DNA of 31,885 bases, from IMG/VR virus record IMGVR_UViG_3300037634_000022, positions 1-31,885 of that record; one strand, 5' to 3'. Both the position numbers and the translations under genes were made by a program. Below, in pieces: positions 19,573 to 28,205 of the stretch. Numbering within the stretch: the stretch's first letter is position 1; every line of letters begins with the position of its first letter. The notes beneath the pieces were generated by a model that was not told the DNA's origin, searched no databases, and saw only the letters and a list, made by a program, of their open reading frames with translations. This DNA is from a virus (lineage: Duplodnaviria > Caudoviricetes).

Positions 19573-22500
19573 ATGGCTGATGCACCAGACCTAGAAAATG
19601 CTATAGAACTCTCAGAAGAAGAGTTCAAAGCTGGCACTATTAGACGTAGTGATCCCGGCAAACAGGCTGTTGCTGGATTATCAGATATTGCTACAGGTAT
19701 TCCTGCATTACTAGGACTTGCTGGTGCTGGTATTCAAGCTGGTTGGAATACTATGACCGGCGATAAAGGAATCGGAGATAATTTTAATGAAGCCTTGTCT
19801 GAAGGAGCCGATAGATGGCTACTAGAAAAAGGTATTGGCGGCAGGAATTGGGTTAATGAGGCTCTCGGAATACAAGAACCCGTATCTACAGAAGATCAAG
19901 CTGCTCGTTTAGCTGCTAGTCTTATTCCTATTCCCGGTTTTACTGCTCTTGGTGGTGCTAGTAAGGCTGCTGGATTTGCTAGGGGTGTTGGGAATGTTCT
20001 AACTCCTATGGTTAAGTACACCAAGAAATCTAAATATCCTCACAGAGATAAGTTGCTCGGCAAAATGACTGAGGGAACTTACTTACATAAAGGTAATGTT
20101 GGCCGCGCTGGCGCACAGTTAGGAATAGGTACAGGTATCGAGCAAGGTATTAGAGGCTATATGGACAATCCAGAAATGCCTCTTATGCTTTCTAAAGAAG
20201 CTATTGAAGGCATTACTCCAGAATCTACTCCAGAATCAGAGATCATTAGTGGGAGTGTTGGAGATGATACTCTTGGTGGCGGGGCTGGTGATGATCAATT
20301 AACTGGTGAAGTTGAGTTAAGTCCAGAAGAGTTTGCTCAAGGAGTTAATCTAGGTAGTTCAGTAGAAATATCTCCAGAAGAACTTTCTGTTGTGCCTCCA
20401 GCAATAAGACCTTGGATGGCTGAAGCTGATAAGGCTGCGGAAGAGGCTGAAACTAGTAACATAATTCGTAACACAGCGATGATTGGTGCATCAGCTATTG
20501 GTATATTTGCTGCTGCTAGATACGGACATGCTAAATCAATTACAGGAATACCAGCAGTTACAGGTGCCAAGTCTACTAGAAAGATTAGTGGGGCAGAAGA
20601 ATCCATTAATGCTATTAGAGAGGACATGGCTAAAGCTAGACAAGCTGGTGCGCCTGCTGTGGGTAAAGATAGTGTTGCTGGTGCAGGGTGGACTGCGGCT
20701 AAAAGAGTAGCAGCCGATACAGCTAACAAGGTTTTTGGTAAGGCATTTGATAAACAGGAAGTTACAGCCCGGTATTTACGATCTCAAGGAGTTCCCGAAA
20801 AAGAAATAGACCAACTAACTGGACAAGGGTTTGTTGATTCGTTTGGGACTACTCAACAATGGATTAAAGATGGCGTCTTTGGACAAGGATCTGAAGTAAC
20901 TGTTCGTTCGTTGAAGGAAGTTGTTAAACAATTCTCTAGATTAACTGATACTGATAAACAGGTCTTTACTGATGGCATAGCGGCTATGCGCGAGAACATT
21001 GTCCGTAATCGTGCCACTGCTTTGGATGCAATAAAAAGAGATAATAAAGGATTACTTGAGGGTACTGGCTTAGAAAAAGCATTTAAGGAAGGTGATGCCG
21101 ACGAGTTAGCTATGATACTAAGAGATCAAGATGACTTAATAAGTAGTATTCGTGGTAGAGGACTTGATGATCGTACTAAGCCGGGAATGTGGAGAGGAGC
21201 AAAAGATCCAGTTACCGATCCAGAATTAAACAGGATGATGAAAGACTTCATGGCTAATCCTGCACTTGTTAGGATGCACAAAGATCTAGTCAAGATGAAC
21301 GAGGCTATTCTTGATCATGCCGCAGAGCGTGGAACTTTGAGTAAAGAAGTTGCTAATGGCTGGAAGCGTCAGTTTACGACAGGACAATTTGGGGAAAAGA
21401 TGTCTCTGTGGACTCCGGGTAAAGAGATAACAGAACGTGCCGGTTGGGTAAGACGTCTAGCAGTTAATATGGGAGTCCATACTACCCAAGGTAAGAACCT
21501 TAGAGGCGTATCTAACTGGATGTTACAGGGATTAGATCATGGCAAAGGGATAAGAAACCCATTAGACATTTTCCATTCTACTGCTAACTATGCACATCAA
21601 GTTATGCAACATACTGATGTATCTGTGGCTCAATGGAATGTATTGAGCAGACTAACTGGCCTTGCATTAGATAAGGCAAACGTCCCTAAAGTTTCAAAGA
21701 TAGTTCCTGATGATGCTATTGATAATGTCAGGTTTGTAGGTAAGGCATCCCTATCAAGTCCCAAGAATGCCAGAGGCAATATGTTCGTAGAATACTCTGG
21801 AGATAAAGTAGTTAAAGATAAGTTCGGGTTGGGTGAAGATGCTCTTGTTCCACCTAACATGATGGCTGAGATGGATAATGTGATTTGGGTACAACGAAAG
21901 GGGGATTATTTCGGATTCTATGTACCTGATAAGCATCTTAAAAATGCACTTGAGTTTGATTCAGCCTTACATAACAGGCTATTAAAGTTTGGTAATACTA
22001 CTAAGAATATGTTTACCCAATTAACTACGGGTAAGTATTCTCCATTTGGGCCTACATCTTTTATATATAACAACAGTATGGGATCTCTTAATGCTGCCTT
22101 AAAGTTTGAATCTAAAGATGGCAAGTTTCTTAGTAGCCTTATTGGATCTGGTAAGGAAGCGGGACAAGTTTGGGCTGATGGATTTAGAGGGGCTTGGGAA
22201 ATCCTAGCTACTAGAACAGCACAAGATATAGCAGACATTACAGCAGAGAATATAGCTAGGAATACTGCATTAGGTAGGCAAAGCCCCGAATGGCTCAAAG
22301 GATTTAATGCTGCTTTGACTCGTAGAGTAGAGCGTTCATTACTAAATCCAATAGAACGTGAGACAGGAAAATCCGCTTCATCATTGGCCGCTAGTGAATT
22401 CACAGGCAACCTTACCAATATATTAGAAGACACAGTTCCTTATATTAGTAGTGTGTATGGGGGTAATGTACTACCTCAGTTCTGGAGGATTTGGAAACAT

Positions 22501-23955
22501 CTAAATGCTGCGGCACATGAAGGCACTAATGTTGGTGTTACACTAAGAAAGTTAGCTGGCGAGACTAATCCTAATGCTATCCGTACAGCACGAAGGGAAG
22601 CAGCCGACTTGATTGGTGATGTTAGATTGCAAGGATCAAGTGAAATAGCTAAAGCGGTTAATGCTACCATTCCATTCTCTGGCGCAATGCTTCAAGCATT
22701 TTCTACATTAGGTAGAGCAATGAAGAAAGCTGGCTGGACGAAAACAATGGGGGTACTTACTGCTGGAATTGGTACGCCAACAGCATTAGAGGTTGCATAT
22801 AATAGTAGCCTTGATCCTACTAAAACTTTTCCTGACCCTGCTGATCCTTCTAAACAGTGGACATACAGAGATTACTATTGGAAAGGATTCACTGCTGACC
22901 AACGCAACAACAACATGATTGTGTTCAGACCGGGTGCGCCACCTTGGGAAGCTATATTAATTCCAATAGTGCCTGAGATAAGTTTGGTAAGAGGGATAGT
23001 AATAGATGGAATGGAAGCAGCATTTGGGCTTTCAGAATCTGGACTTGATCAAGGCAACCATTTCTTAGCTGGACTTGGTAGGGTATTCGATATCCCATTA
23101 CCTCCAGTAGTTGCAGCATTAGGTTCTTCTATGGACATGGACTTACGAATGGGAATAATTCCTGATGAAACAGATGGATCAGGATTCTCTTTCTTTGAAG
23201 GAAGGCCATTACTTACTGGTGAACGAGTAACAGGTAACTACGGTAAGGCTAAGTTTACAGGAGCCGAAGTCGATAAAGATGTTGTAGCTGTAATACAAGA
23301 CTTATTCGGTGCTGCTGGAGCTACAGGCATAGCTGTATATGAAGCAATGAATCCAGGCATAGATGAGTCAGTTGCTACTCGTGGTGAATATGCTCTTGAT
23401 GAATTAGGAAGAAATGTTTTACGTCAGGCTCGATACTTACAACCATTGTTTGGTAAAGCATTACGTCCTAACCCGAATGACAGTATAGCTAGAAGTGTAA
23501 TACAAAAGAAAGATGCACTTACTAGAGCTAAGAAAGATCTAGATGCTGTATTGAGTGGAACTCCTGGTGGGGCCGCTACATTCTCAGGCGAAGATCCAAT
23601 TCAAGGTAATACTGTAGAAGTTCCCGCTGATCCTATACAACAAGCATTATCGGCTACTGCCGATCCAGTGTTAAGTTCGATTAAGGATATTGACGGTGAG
23701 ATAGGCAAACTCCGCAAGAGAATATCAACCCTTGGCACTACTACACAAGATCAATACACAGGTAAGAAGCTCTCTGTAAAAGGTCGAGATGACTTAATTG
23801 ATTCACTTAACCTACAGATATCAGCATTTAAAGCTCAACAACTATCTATACTTAATAAAGCAGAAGAACAGTTTGCTGATACGGTGGGCCAATGGATTGG
23901 TAGAGATTTGACAGGGCTTAAGTTTGACACCTTTAAGAAAAGACCTAACCCTTAA
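19573..23955 (+). CDS. Large internal virion/ejection protein (possible LPD38-like C-terminal region)
   Basis: 1460 aa and the last late gene, largely helical and A/G-rich. The segment YYWKGFTADQRNNNMIVF...LIPIVPE resembles large polyvalent protein C-termini. Confidence 0.7.
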   Translation: MADAPDLENAIELSEEEFKAGTIRRSDPGKQAVAGLSDIATGIPALLGLAGAGIQAGWNTMTGDKGIGDNFNEALSEGADRWLLEKGIGGRNWVNEALGIQEPVSTEDQAARLAASLIPIPGFTALGGASKAAGFARGVGNVLTPMVKYTKKSKYPHRDKLLGKMTEGTYLHKGNVGRAGAQLGIGTGIEQGIRGYMDNPEMPLMLSKEAIEGITPESTPESEIISGSVGDDTLGGGAGDDQLTGEVELSPEEFAQGVNLGSSVEISPEELSVVPPAIRPWMAEADKAAEEAETSNIIRNTAMIGASAIGIFAAARYGHAKSITGIPAVTGAKSTRKISGAEESINAIREDMAKARQAGAPAVGKDSVAGAGWTAAKRVAADTANKVFGKAFDKQEVTARYLRSQGVPEKEIDQLTGQGFVDSFGTTQQWIKDGVFGQGSEVTVRSLKEVVKQFSRLTDTDKQVFTDGIAAMRENIVRNRATALDAIKRDNKGLLEGTGLEKAFKEGDADELAMILRDQDDLISSIRGRGLDDRTKPGMWRGAKDPVTDPELNRMMKDFMANPALVRMHKDLVKMNEAILDHAAERGTLSKEVANGWKRQFTTGQFGEKMSLWTPGKEITERAGWVRRLAVNMGVHTTQGKNLRGVSNWMLQGLDHGKGIRNPLDIFHSTANYAHQVMQHTDVSVAQWNVLSRLTGLALDKANVPKVSKIVPDDAIDNVRFVGKASLSSPKNARGNMFVEYSGDKVVKDKFGLGEDALVPPNMMAEMDNVIWVQRKGDYFGFYVPDKHLKNALEFDSALHNRLLKFGNTTKNMFTQLTTGKYSPFGPTSFIYNNSMGSLNAALKFESKDGKFLSSLIGSGKEAGQVWADGFRGAWEILATRTAQDIADITAENIARNTALGRQSPEWLKGFNAALTRRVERSLLNPIERETGKSASSLAASEFTGNLTNILEDTVPYISSVYGGNVLPQFWRIWKHLNAAAHEGTNVGVTLRKLAGETNPNAIRTARREAADLIGDVRLQGSSEIAKAVNATIPFSGAMLQAFSTLGRAMKKAGWTKTMGVLTAGIGTPTALEVAYNSSLDPTKTFPDPADPSKQWTYRDYYWKGFTADQRNNNMIVFRPGAPPWEAILIPIVPEISLVRGIVIDGMEAAFGLSESGLDQGNHFLAGLGRVFDIPLPPVVAALGSSMDMDLRMGIIPDETDGSGFSFFEGRPLLTGERVTGNYGKAKFTGAEVDKDVVAVIQDLFGAAGATGIAVYEAMNPGIDESVATRGEYALDELGRNVLRQARYLQPLFGKALRPNPNDSIARSVIQKKDALTRAKKDLDAVLSGTPGGAATFSGEDPIQGNTVEVPADPIQQALSATADPVLSSIKDIDGEIGKLRKRISTLGTTTQDQYTGKKLSVKGRDDLIDSLNLQISAFKAQQLSILNKAEEQFADTVGQWIGRDLTGLKFDTFKKRPNP

Positions 23956-25172
23956 AGGTTTAGTTTGCCTAGCACTTCGGAAGTGACACCAAACTTCTCG
24001 ATAACTCTAGTAGCTCGATAGAATTTCTTACGGCCTACTTCGAACATCTGTATCATTCCACATTCATGTAACACTTTGATTAGTGTCCCTAACTCTTTGG
24101 CATCTAATCGCTTCTGCATCTTGCGTAGAAGTTCTGAGTGTGTAATCCCATCCGATCCAGCATTGATTAGTACTTCTCGCATACGAGTAACAGCATCAGC
24201 TAGTCTTGCACTTTGGCTGAAGTCTCCTCCGAAGAGGGCATTCGCTCCACTTTTAACTCTACTGATAACAGCAATGGCATTTGAGATGTGTCTACTCTGA
24301 AGCTCATAGGTTCCGTCGTTGATAGATAGTATGGCCGCGAGACGTAGGACATGATCATCCTCTCTAGCTTCAAAGCTACCCAAGAATGAATCATTGCTAT
24401 TTGTTTTAGATTTATACCACTTGGAGAACTTTCTAAGGCCACCATCTGAGATTCCGATAGCTCCAATGGAAGTTGAATCTGTTTGGAGCCTTTCGAGTTG
24501 TCCCCTAAGTCCAATTCCATCTGTTGATTCTCTTCTTGTAGGCCACGCAATAGCTCGTTTTCTAGTATCGTCAACCACGAAGATAACTCTGGACGTAAAT
24601 CCTCCCTCGATGACTGAGGGATTGATTGCAGTAACAAGCCAAGAAGGAGTTGACGCTGATATGAAGTTGACGAAGACATCTTTCTGAATTATCTCCCCTG
24701 ATTTAATTGTTCCTGGAATGCGCCTGATAGATGGACAGTCATATAGATCTGTCAACAGTCCAGGCATAGCTGACATGTAACCTTCTCTGCCTAGTGTTGT
24801 TACTAATTCCGATACCGCGAAAGAGATGGAAGCTCCCCCGCAGATCCTGCTCTGTTCGTGAAGCAAGAGATCCAATGACTCGGGAGAGGTCTTACCCGTA
24901 AGAAGTGGTCGTCTAATATTCTCAACAACTCCAGCAACCGACGTAATTGCTGTTGATTTTCTTGTAGAGCCAGACTCAGCCGCCAAGATAATATACCAAT
25001 TAAGATAAACTGGAATGTTAGGACGATCCACATATACTCTTCGACCACAAGCATCTCCTATTGCCCATACTGCACACCAAAAATCGTATGACTCTGCCGT
25101 TTCTACATAGGACATGTAGTCCATGTACCGTCCTATGAAGGAGTCAGGTGGAATTAGTTTCTTATAGTTCAT
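23952..25172 (-). CDS. DUF3987/YfjI-like P-loop ATPase (putative replicative helicase) with a C-terminal wHTH
   Basis: Walker A-like YIILAAESGSTRKST, Walker B-like ISFAVSE, LTDLYD, ASTP and arginine-finger-like GFTSRVIFV. C-terminal ITHSELLRK...LIKVLHECGMI. Confidence 0.7.
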   Translation of the reverse strand: MNYKKLIPPDSFIGRYMDYMSYVETAESYDFWCAVWAIGDACGRRVYVDRPNIPVYLNWYIILAAESGSTRKSTAITSVAGVVENIRRPLLTGKTSPESLDLLLHEQSRICGGASISFAVSELVTTLGREGYMSAMPGLLTDLYDCPSIRRIPGTIKSGEIIQKDVFVNFISASTPSWLVTAINPSVIEGGFTSRVIFVVDDTRKRAIAWPTRRESTDGIGLRGQLERLQTDSTSIGAIGISDGGLRKFSKWYKSKTNSNDSFLGSFEAREDDHVLRLAAILSINDGTYELQSRHISNAIAVISRVKSGANALFGGDFSQSARLADAVTRMREVLINAGSDGITHSELLRKMQKRLDAKELGTLIKVLHECGMIQMFEVGRKKFYRATRVIEKFGVTSEVLGKLNL

Positions 25173-25639
25173 GTGGACATTATTTCGTGATAATCAAATC
25201 GGTTGTGGACTTCTTTAAGAGTAGTTAATTCTTCAGAGGTACTAATAACTTCACCATCATAAGTAAGTACAGCATCAGGAATCTTACTTCCCTCTAGAAA
25301 TTCTCTTCCTTTATCTGTTACCCGCCATTCACCAGAATGTTTCTTTTTGGAATCTTTAACGAGCAGCCGACGTTCCACTAAATCCCACCAACGTAAAGTA
25401 GCTAGTTGATTAGTTCTTAGTAACCATTTAGGAGCGCGATTAGGTACATCTACCCAATCATCTATTAACTCTTGTGCTGCTAACCATGACAAAGATTTAC
25501 ACATAGATAAGTTAATCCTCCTTCTATAAACTCTGCCCCAACGGTCACAGCAAGGACATTTTGCGCCCTTATCAAGAATAATCTCCGACCATAAATTTCG
25601 TGCTTCTTCTAAAGTTAAGCCTCTTTCAGTGTTGACCAT
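25169..25639 (-). CDS. Hypothetical protein with a CPCC motif and a winged-helix-like segment
   Basis: 156 aa with KCPCCDR and WRVTDKGREFL. It overlaps both neighbours (ATGA overlap with the DUF3987-like gene) and has a GGAGG RBS. Confidence 0.75.
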   Translation of the reverse strand: MVNTERGLTLEEARNLWSEIILDKGAKCPCCDRWGRVYRRRINLSMCKSLSWLAAQELIDDWVDVPNRAPKWLLRTNQLATLRWWDLVERRLLVKDSKKKHSGEWRVTDKGREFLEGSKIPDAVLTYDGEVISTSEELTTLKEVHNRFDYHEIMST

Positions 25640-28050
25640 CTATGTATTCCTCCTTCATCTGGTACTGATTCTTTAAAGTCAGTACCTATGCTTACTTGAT
25701 TACCCCTAATAGTAATAGGAGCTTCCGCGTGTTTCTTCATAAGTCGTTGGACAACTTCTTTGTCAGTAGGTCTATGTATTGCGATGAGGGCGTCATGGAT
25801 GTTGAGTAACATACGTGCGTCTTCGGGCCACTCTTCATCTTCGTGACAAAGATAAATAACACTACTGACTTTATCACCAATCGTTGATTGCGGTACAAAT
25901 GCGATAACACTATCAAAGCTGTCCTCTGTTACCCGGCCAAGGATAATAAATCTTCGTCCGAGAGGTGTATATAAGCAGCGTTCTTCTCTAACAGTTGATA
26001 TTGTACGCTGCCACGCTTTGTTAATCTCAGGGAAAGCTCTATGATACGAGGCGAACGCTTCTTCTGCTTGGTTAATTGGAATGCCACACACAGTTGCAAG
26101 TTTGGGAGCTTGCATTCTATAATTAAGTCCGTGTACGCACCGCTTTCCAAGGTATCTAAGAGAGCGTTTGCCATTGTCATCGTAGTCAGATTCCGGTATT
26201 TCATCGTACGGTAGCTTGAAGATTCTTGAAGCATTTCCTCGATGTACGTCGAAGCCTTCATCAACCTCGGCCCTCTCGAAATTTTCGATGAGTCCTTCCA
26301 CATTCCATAAGTATGCGACAACTTTTGCCTCCGCTTGTTTGAGGTCAAAGTAGGACAACATATAGCCTTCATCACATACGAACATTGGATACGCTGCATG
26401 TGGTTGGTTCTGTAAGTTGCCTCCACTTCCCCATAAGGTTCCACTTGAACTTAGTCTTCCCGGTGCAGCTTGAACTCCAAACTGCTTATACTCACAACGA
26501 AACCTACCATCTGGGTCTGGCTTCTGGGTTGCATAAGTAGAGAAGAACTTATGATCTTCTTTATAGACATCAATTGCTTCGATGAACTTGACTTGATCCT
26601 CACCAGTTCTTGGATGCTTCTTCATCCTATCCCTGTTCTCTTTGTTAGTACTACTGCCGCGGCCTACAAGTTGTAGTTCGCCAAAGAAGAACTGTCCTAA
26701 CTGTCTTGGGGAGTTTGGATTGAGGGATCTCCAGTGTTCACCGGCTAGAGTAGCTGCTTGCTCTTGTATATCTTTTAGTTTGTCTTGGAGTTCTACATCT
26801 AATCTCTCAACGATAGATGCCTTGAGTTCCATATCAAGTTTTACACCGCCGACTTGCATCTGGATAAGATGAGGTTGTAGTCGCATAACATGAGAGAAGA
26901 AGAAGTCATCCATCTCTTGCGACTTAAGTTCTTCAAGTAACTTCTCATGTGCCGCCCATGTAATGCAGCAATCCTTAACATTGTATTCCCAGAACTGATC
27001 AATGTTACCACCTTCACGCCAAGACTTACCTTCATCTTTGTAGTAAGGATGGTCAGTATATTGGGCCGTGAGGAAGCCAAGATTGTGAGGCATACTTGGA
27101 TAGAGTGTATGGTGTGCGAGTAATGTATCGAACCACATTTTAGGTACGTGGATTCTGTCCTTATACCAGAGCCAGCCACAGTCAAACGATCCGTTCTGTG
27201 CTATCAGTCTGGATCTTGGATCAGATAGTAGTCGTCCAATTCTTTGACGGAGCAATCGCTCTTCATTAAGGCTATATCTGTTTGACTTAGCGTCTCTAAA
27301 ATTGATTGATATACCTGTTCGCTCGTTGTTGGCGAATCCGATACATGCGGTTTCGCCAGACATGACCTCAATATCAAATGCAATTGGCTGTTCAGATTCA
27401 CTAAGTCTATCGAGATGTTCGATAGCCTCGTTGAAAGTTGGGTTAATTGTTGCGCTAACGATGTGTCGCTTAAATCGTCCATCCATAACTCTCCTGAGTT
27501 TAGCAACATCAAACTTGTAGAACGGTTCCATTTGTATGTTGCGGAGTACATGAGCAGGGTTGTTAGTTATAACTGCTTTTACTTTGCGCCTACTCTTTCC
27601 AATAGTTACATCATAGACTGAGCCACGCCAGTTAGTTATGCCTGACTCACCTAGTAATGCGTGTAATGCCATGTTACCAAGCACTAGTATGTATTTAATG
27701 TTTGGAAGTTGCTCTAACTCCCAATCAAGTAGCCCTTCCCAATGTTCTATCTCTACCCGCTTAACTGGATTACGAGCTTCAGTCTTAGTAGATAATGCTA
27801 CTTGCCGTTTGACTACGTTAGTCACGTAGCAATCTTTACGAGATATTTCTAATGGTTGTAGTACATCCCATAGTAACTTGCCGCTACCACCTACGAGTGG
27901 CATCTTCATCATAGCTTCACGTTCACCGGGAGCTTCACCGATGATGACGATTTCACTATCTAGTTTTCCAGAACCAAGACAATCAACAGTTAACTGACAG
28001 GCTTTAGCTCTCTTGGTGAACTCCTGCATAAGCCATGCTTCTGTTATCAT
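25615..28050 (-). CDS. polA: Family A DNA polymerase with an N-terminal family-4 UDG-like domain and a 3'-5' exonuclease
   Basis: UDG-like IIGEAPG, YVTNVVK, LVLGN.A and NPAHVLR. Exo I FDIE, Exo II QNGSFD and Exo III YNVKD. Pol motifs GRLSS, A (DLKQAE), B (KRCVHGLNY) and C (IHDA). Likely start is ATG 28050 (GGAG RBS, ATGA overlap with the upstream gene). Confidence 0.93.
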   Translation of the reverse strand: MITEAWLMQEFTKRAKACQLTVDCLGSGKLDSEIVIIGEAPGEREAMMKMPLVGGSGKLLWDVLQPLEISRKDCYVTNVVKRQVALSTKTEARNPVKRVEIEHWEGLLDWELEQLPNIKYILVLGNMALHALLGESGITNWRGSVYDVTIGKSRRKVKAVITNNPAHVLRNIQMEPFYKFDVAKLRRVMDGRFKRHIVSATINPTFNEAIEHLDRLSESEQPIAFDIEVMSGETACIGFANNERTGISINFRDAKSNRYSLNEERLLRQRIGRLLSDPRSRLIAQNGSFDCGWLWYKDRIHVPKMWFDTLLAHHTLYPSMPHNLGFLTAQYTDHPYYKDEGKSWREGGNIDQFWEYNVKDCCITWAAHEKLLEELKSQEMDDFFFSHVMRLQPHLIQMQVGGVKLDMELKASIVERLDVELQDKLKDIQEQAATLAGEHWRSLNPNSPRQLGQFFFGELQLVGRGSSTNKENRDRMKKHPRTGEDQVKFIEAIDVYKEDHKFFSTYATQKPDPDGRFRCEYKQFGVQAAPGRLSSSGTLWGSGGNLQNQPHAAYPMFVCDEGYMLSYFDLKQAEAKVVAYLWNVEGLIENFERAEVDEGFDVHRGNASRIFKLPYDEIPESDYDDNGKRSLRYLGKRCVHGLNYRMQAPKLATVCGIPINQAEEAFASYHRAFPEINKAWQRTISTVREERCLYTPLGRRFIILGRVTEDSFDSVIAFVPQSTIGDKVSSVIYLCHEDEEWPEDARMLLNIHDALIAIHRPTDKEVVQRLMKKHAEAPITIRGNQVSIGTDFKESVPDEGGIHRWSTLKEA

Positions 28051-28205
28051 AATTTCTCCCATGCTCCGTCTATAGGTAAGTCGAGCTTGTCTTTTTCTTC
28101 TTGGGTAAACACCTGACAGCTAGAGTAGTCTACCCATCCGATTTTATTGCTCCAAAAGCTATCGTCTTTCGTGTTGCGGATTAGCCAATTGTCTACATCA
28201 GCCAC
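28047..28205 (-). CDS. 52-aa Trp-rich small protein (not in ORF track)
   Basis: GTG start with an AGGAG RBS. MADVDNWLIRNTKDDSFWSNKIGWVDYSSCQVFTQEEKDKLDLPIDGAWEKL. Its TGA overlaps the polymerase ATG. Confidence 0.75.
   Translation of the reverse strand: MADVDNWLIRNTKDDSFWSNKIGWVDYSSCQVFTQEEKDKLDLPIDGAWEKL

Noticed and set aside
24200-24679. 159-aa same-strand alternative-frame ORF inside the DUF3987-like gene (also 25929-26444 in the polymerase)
   Set aside because: Fully nested, with shadow-like composition and no convincing RBS or motifs.
25789-25797. Polymerase motif C reads HDA rather than HDE
   Set aside because: The catalytic Asp is retained and the following position varies in phage PolA, so this is not evidence of inactivity.
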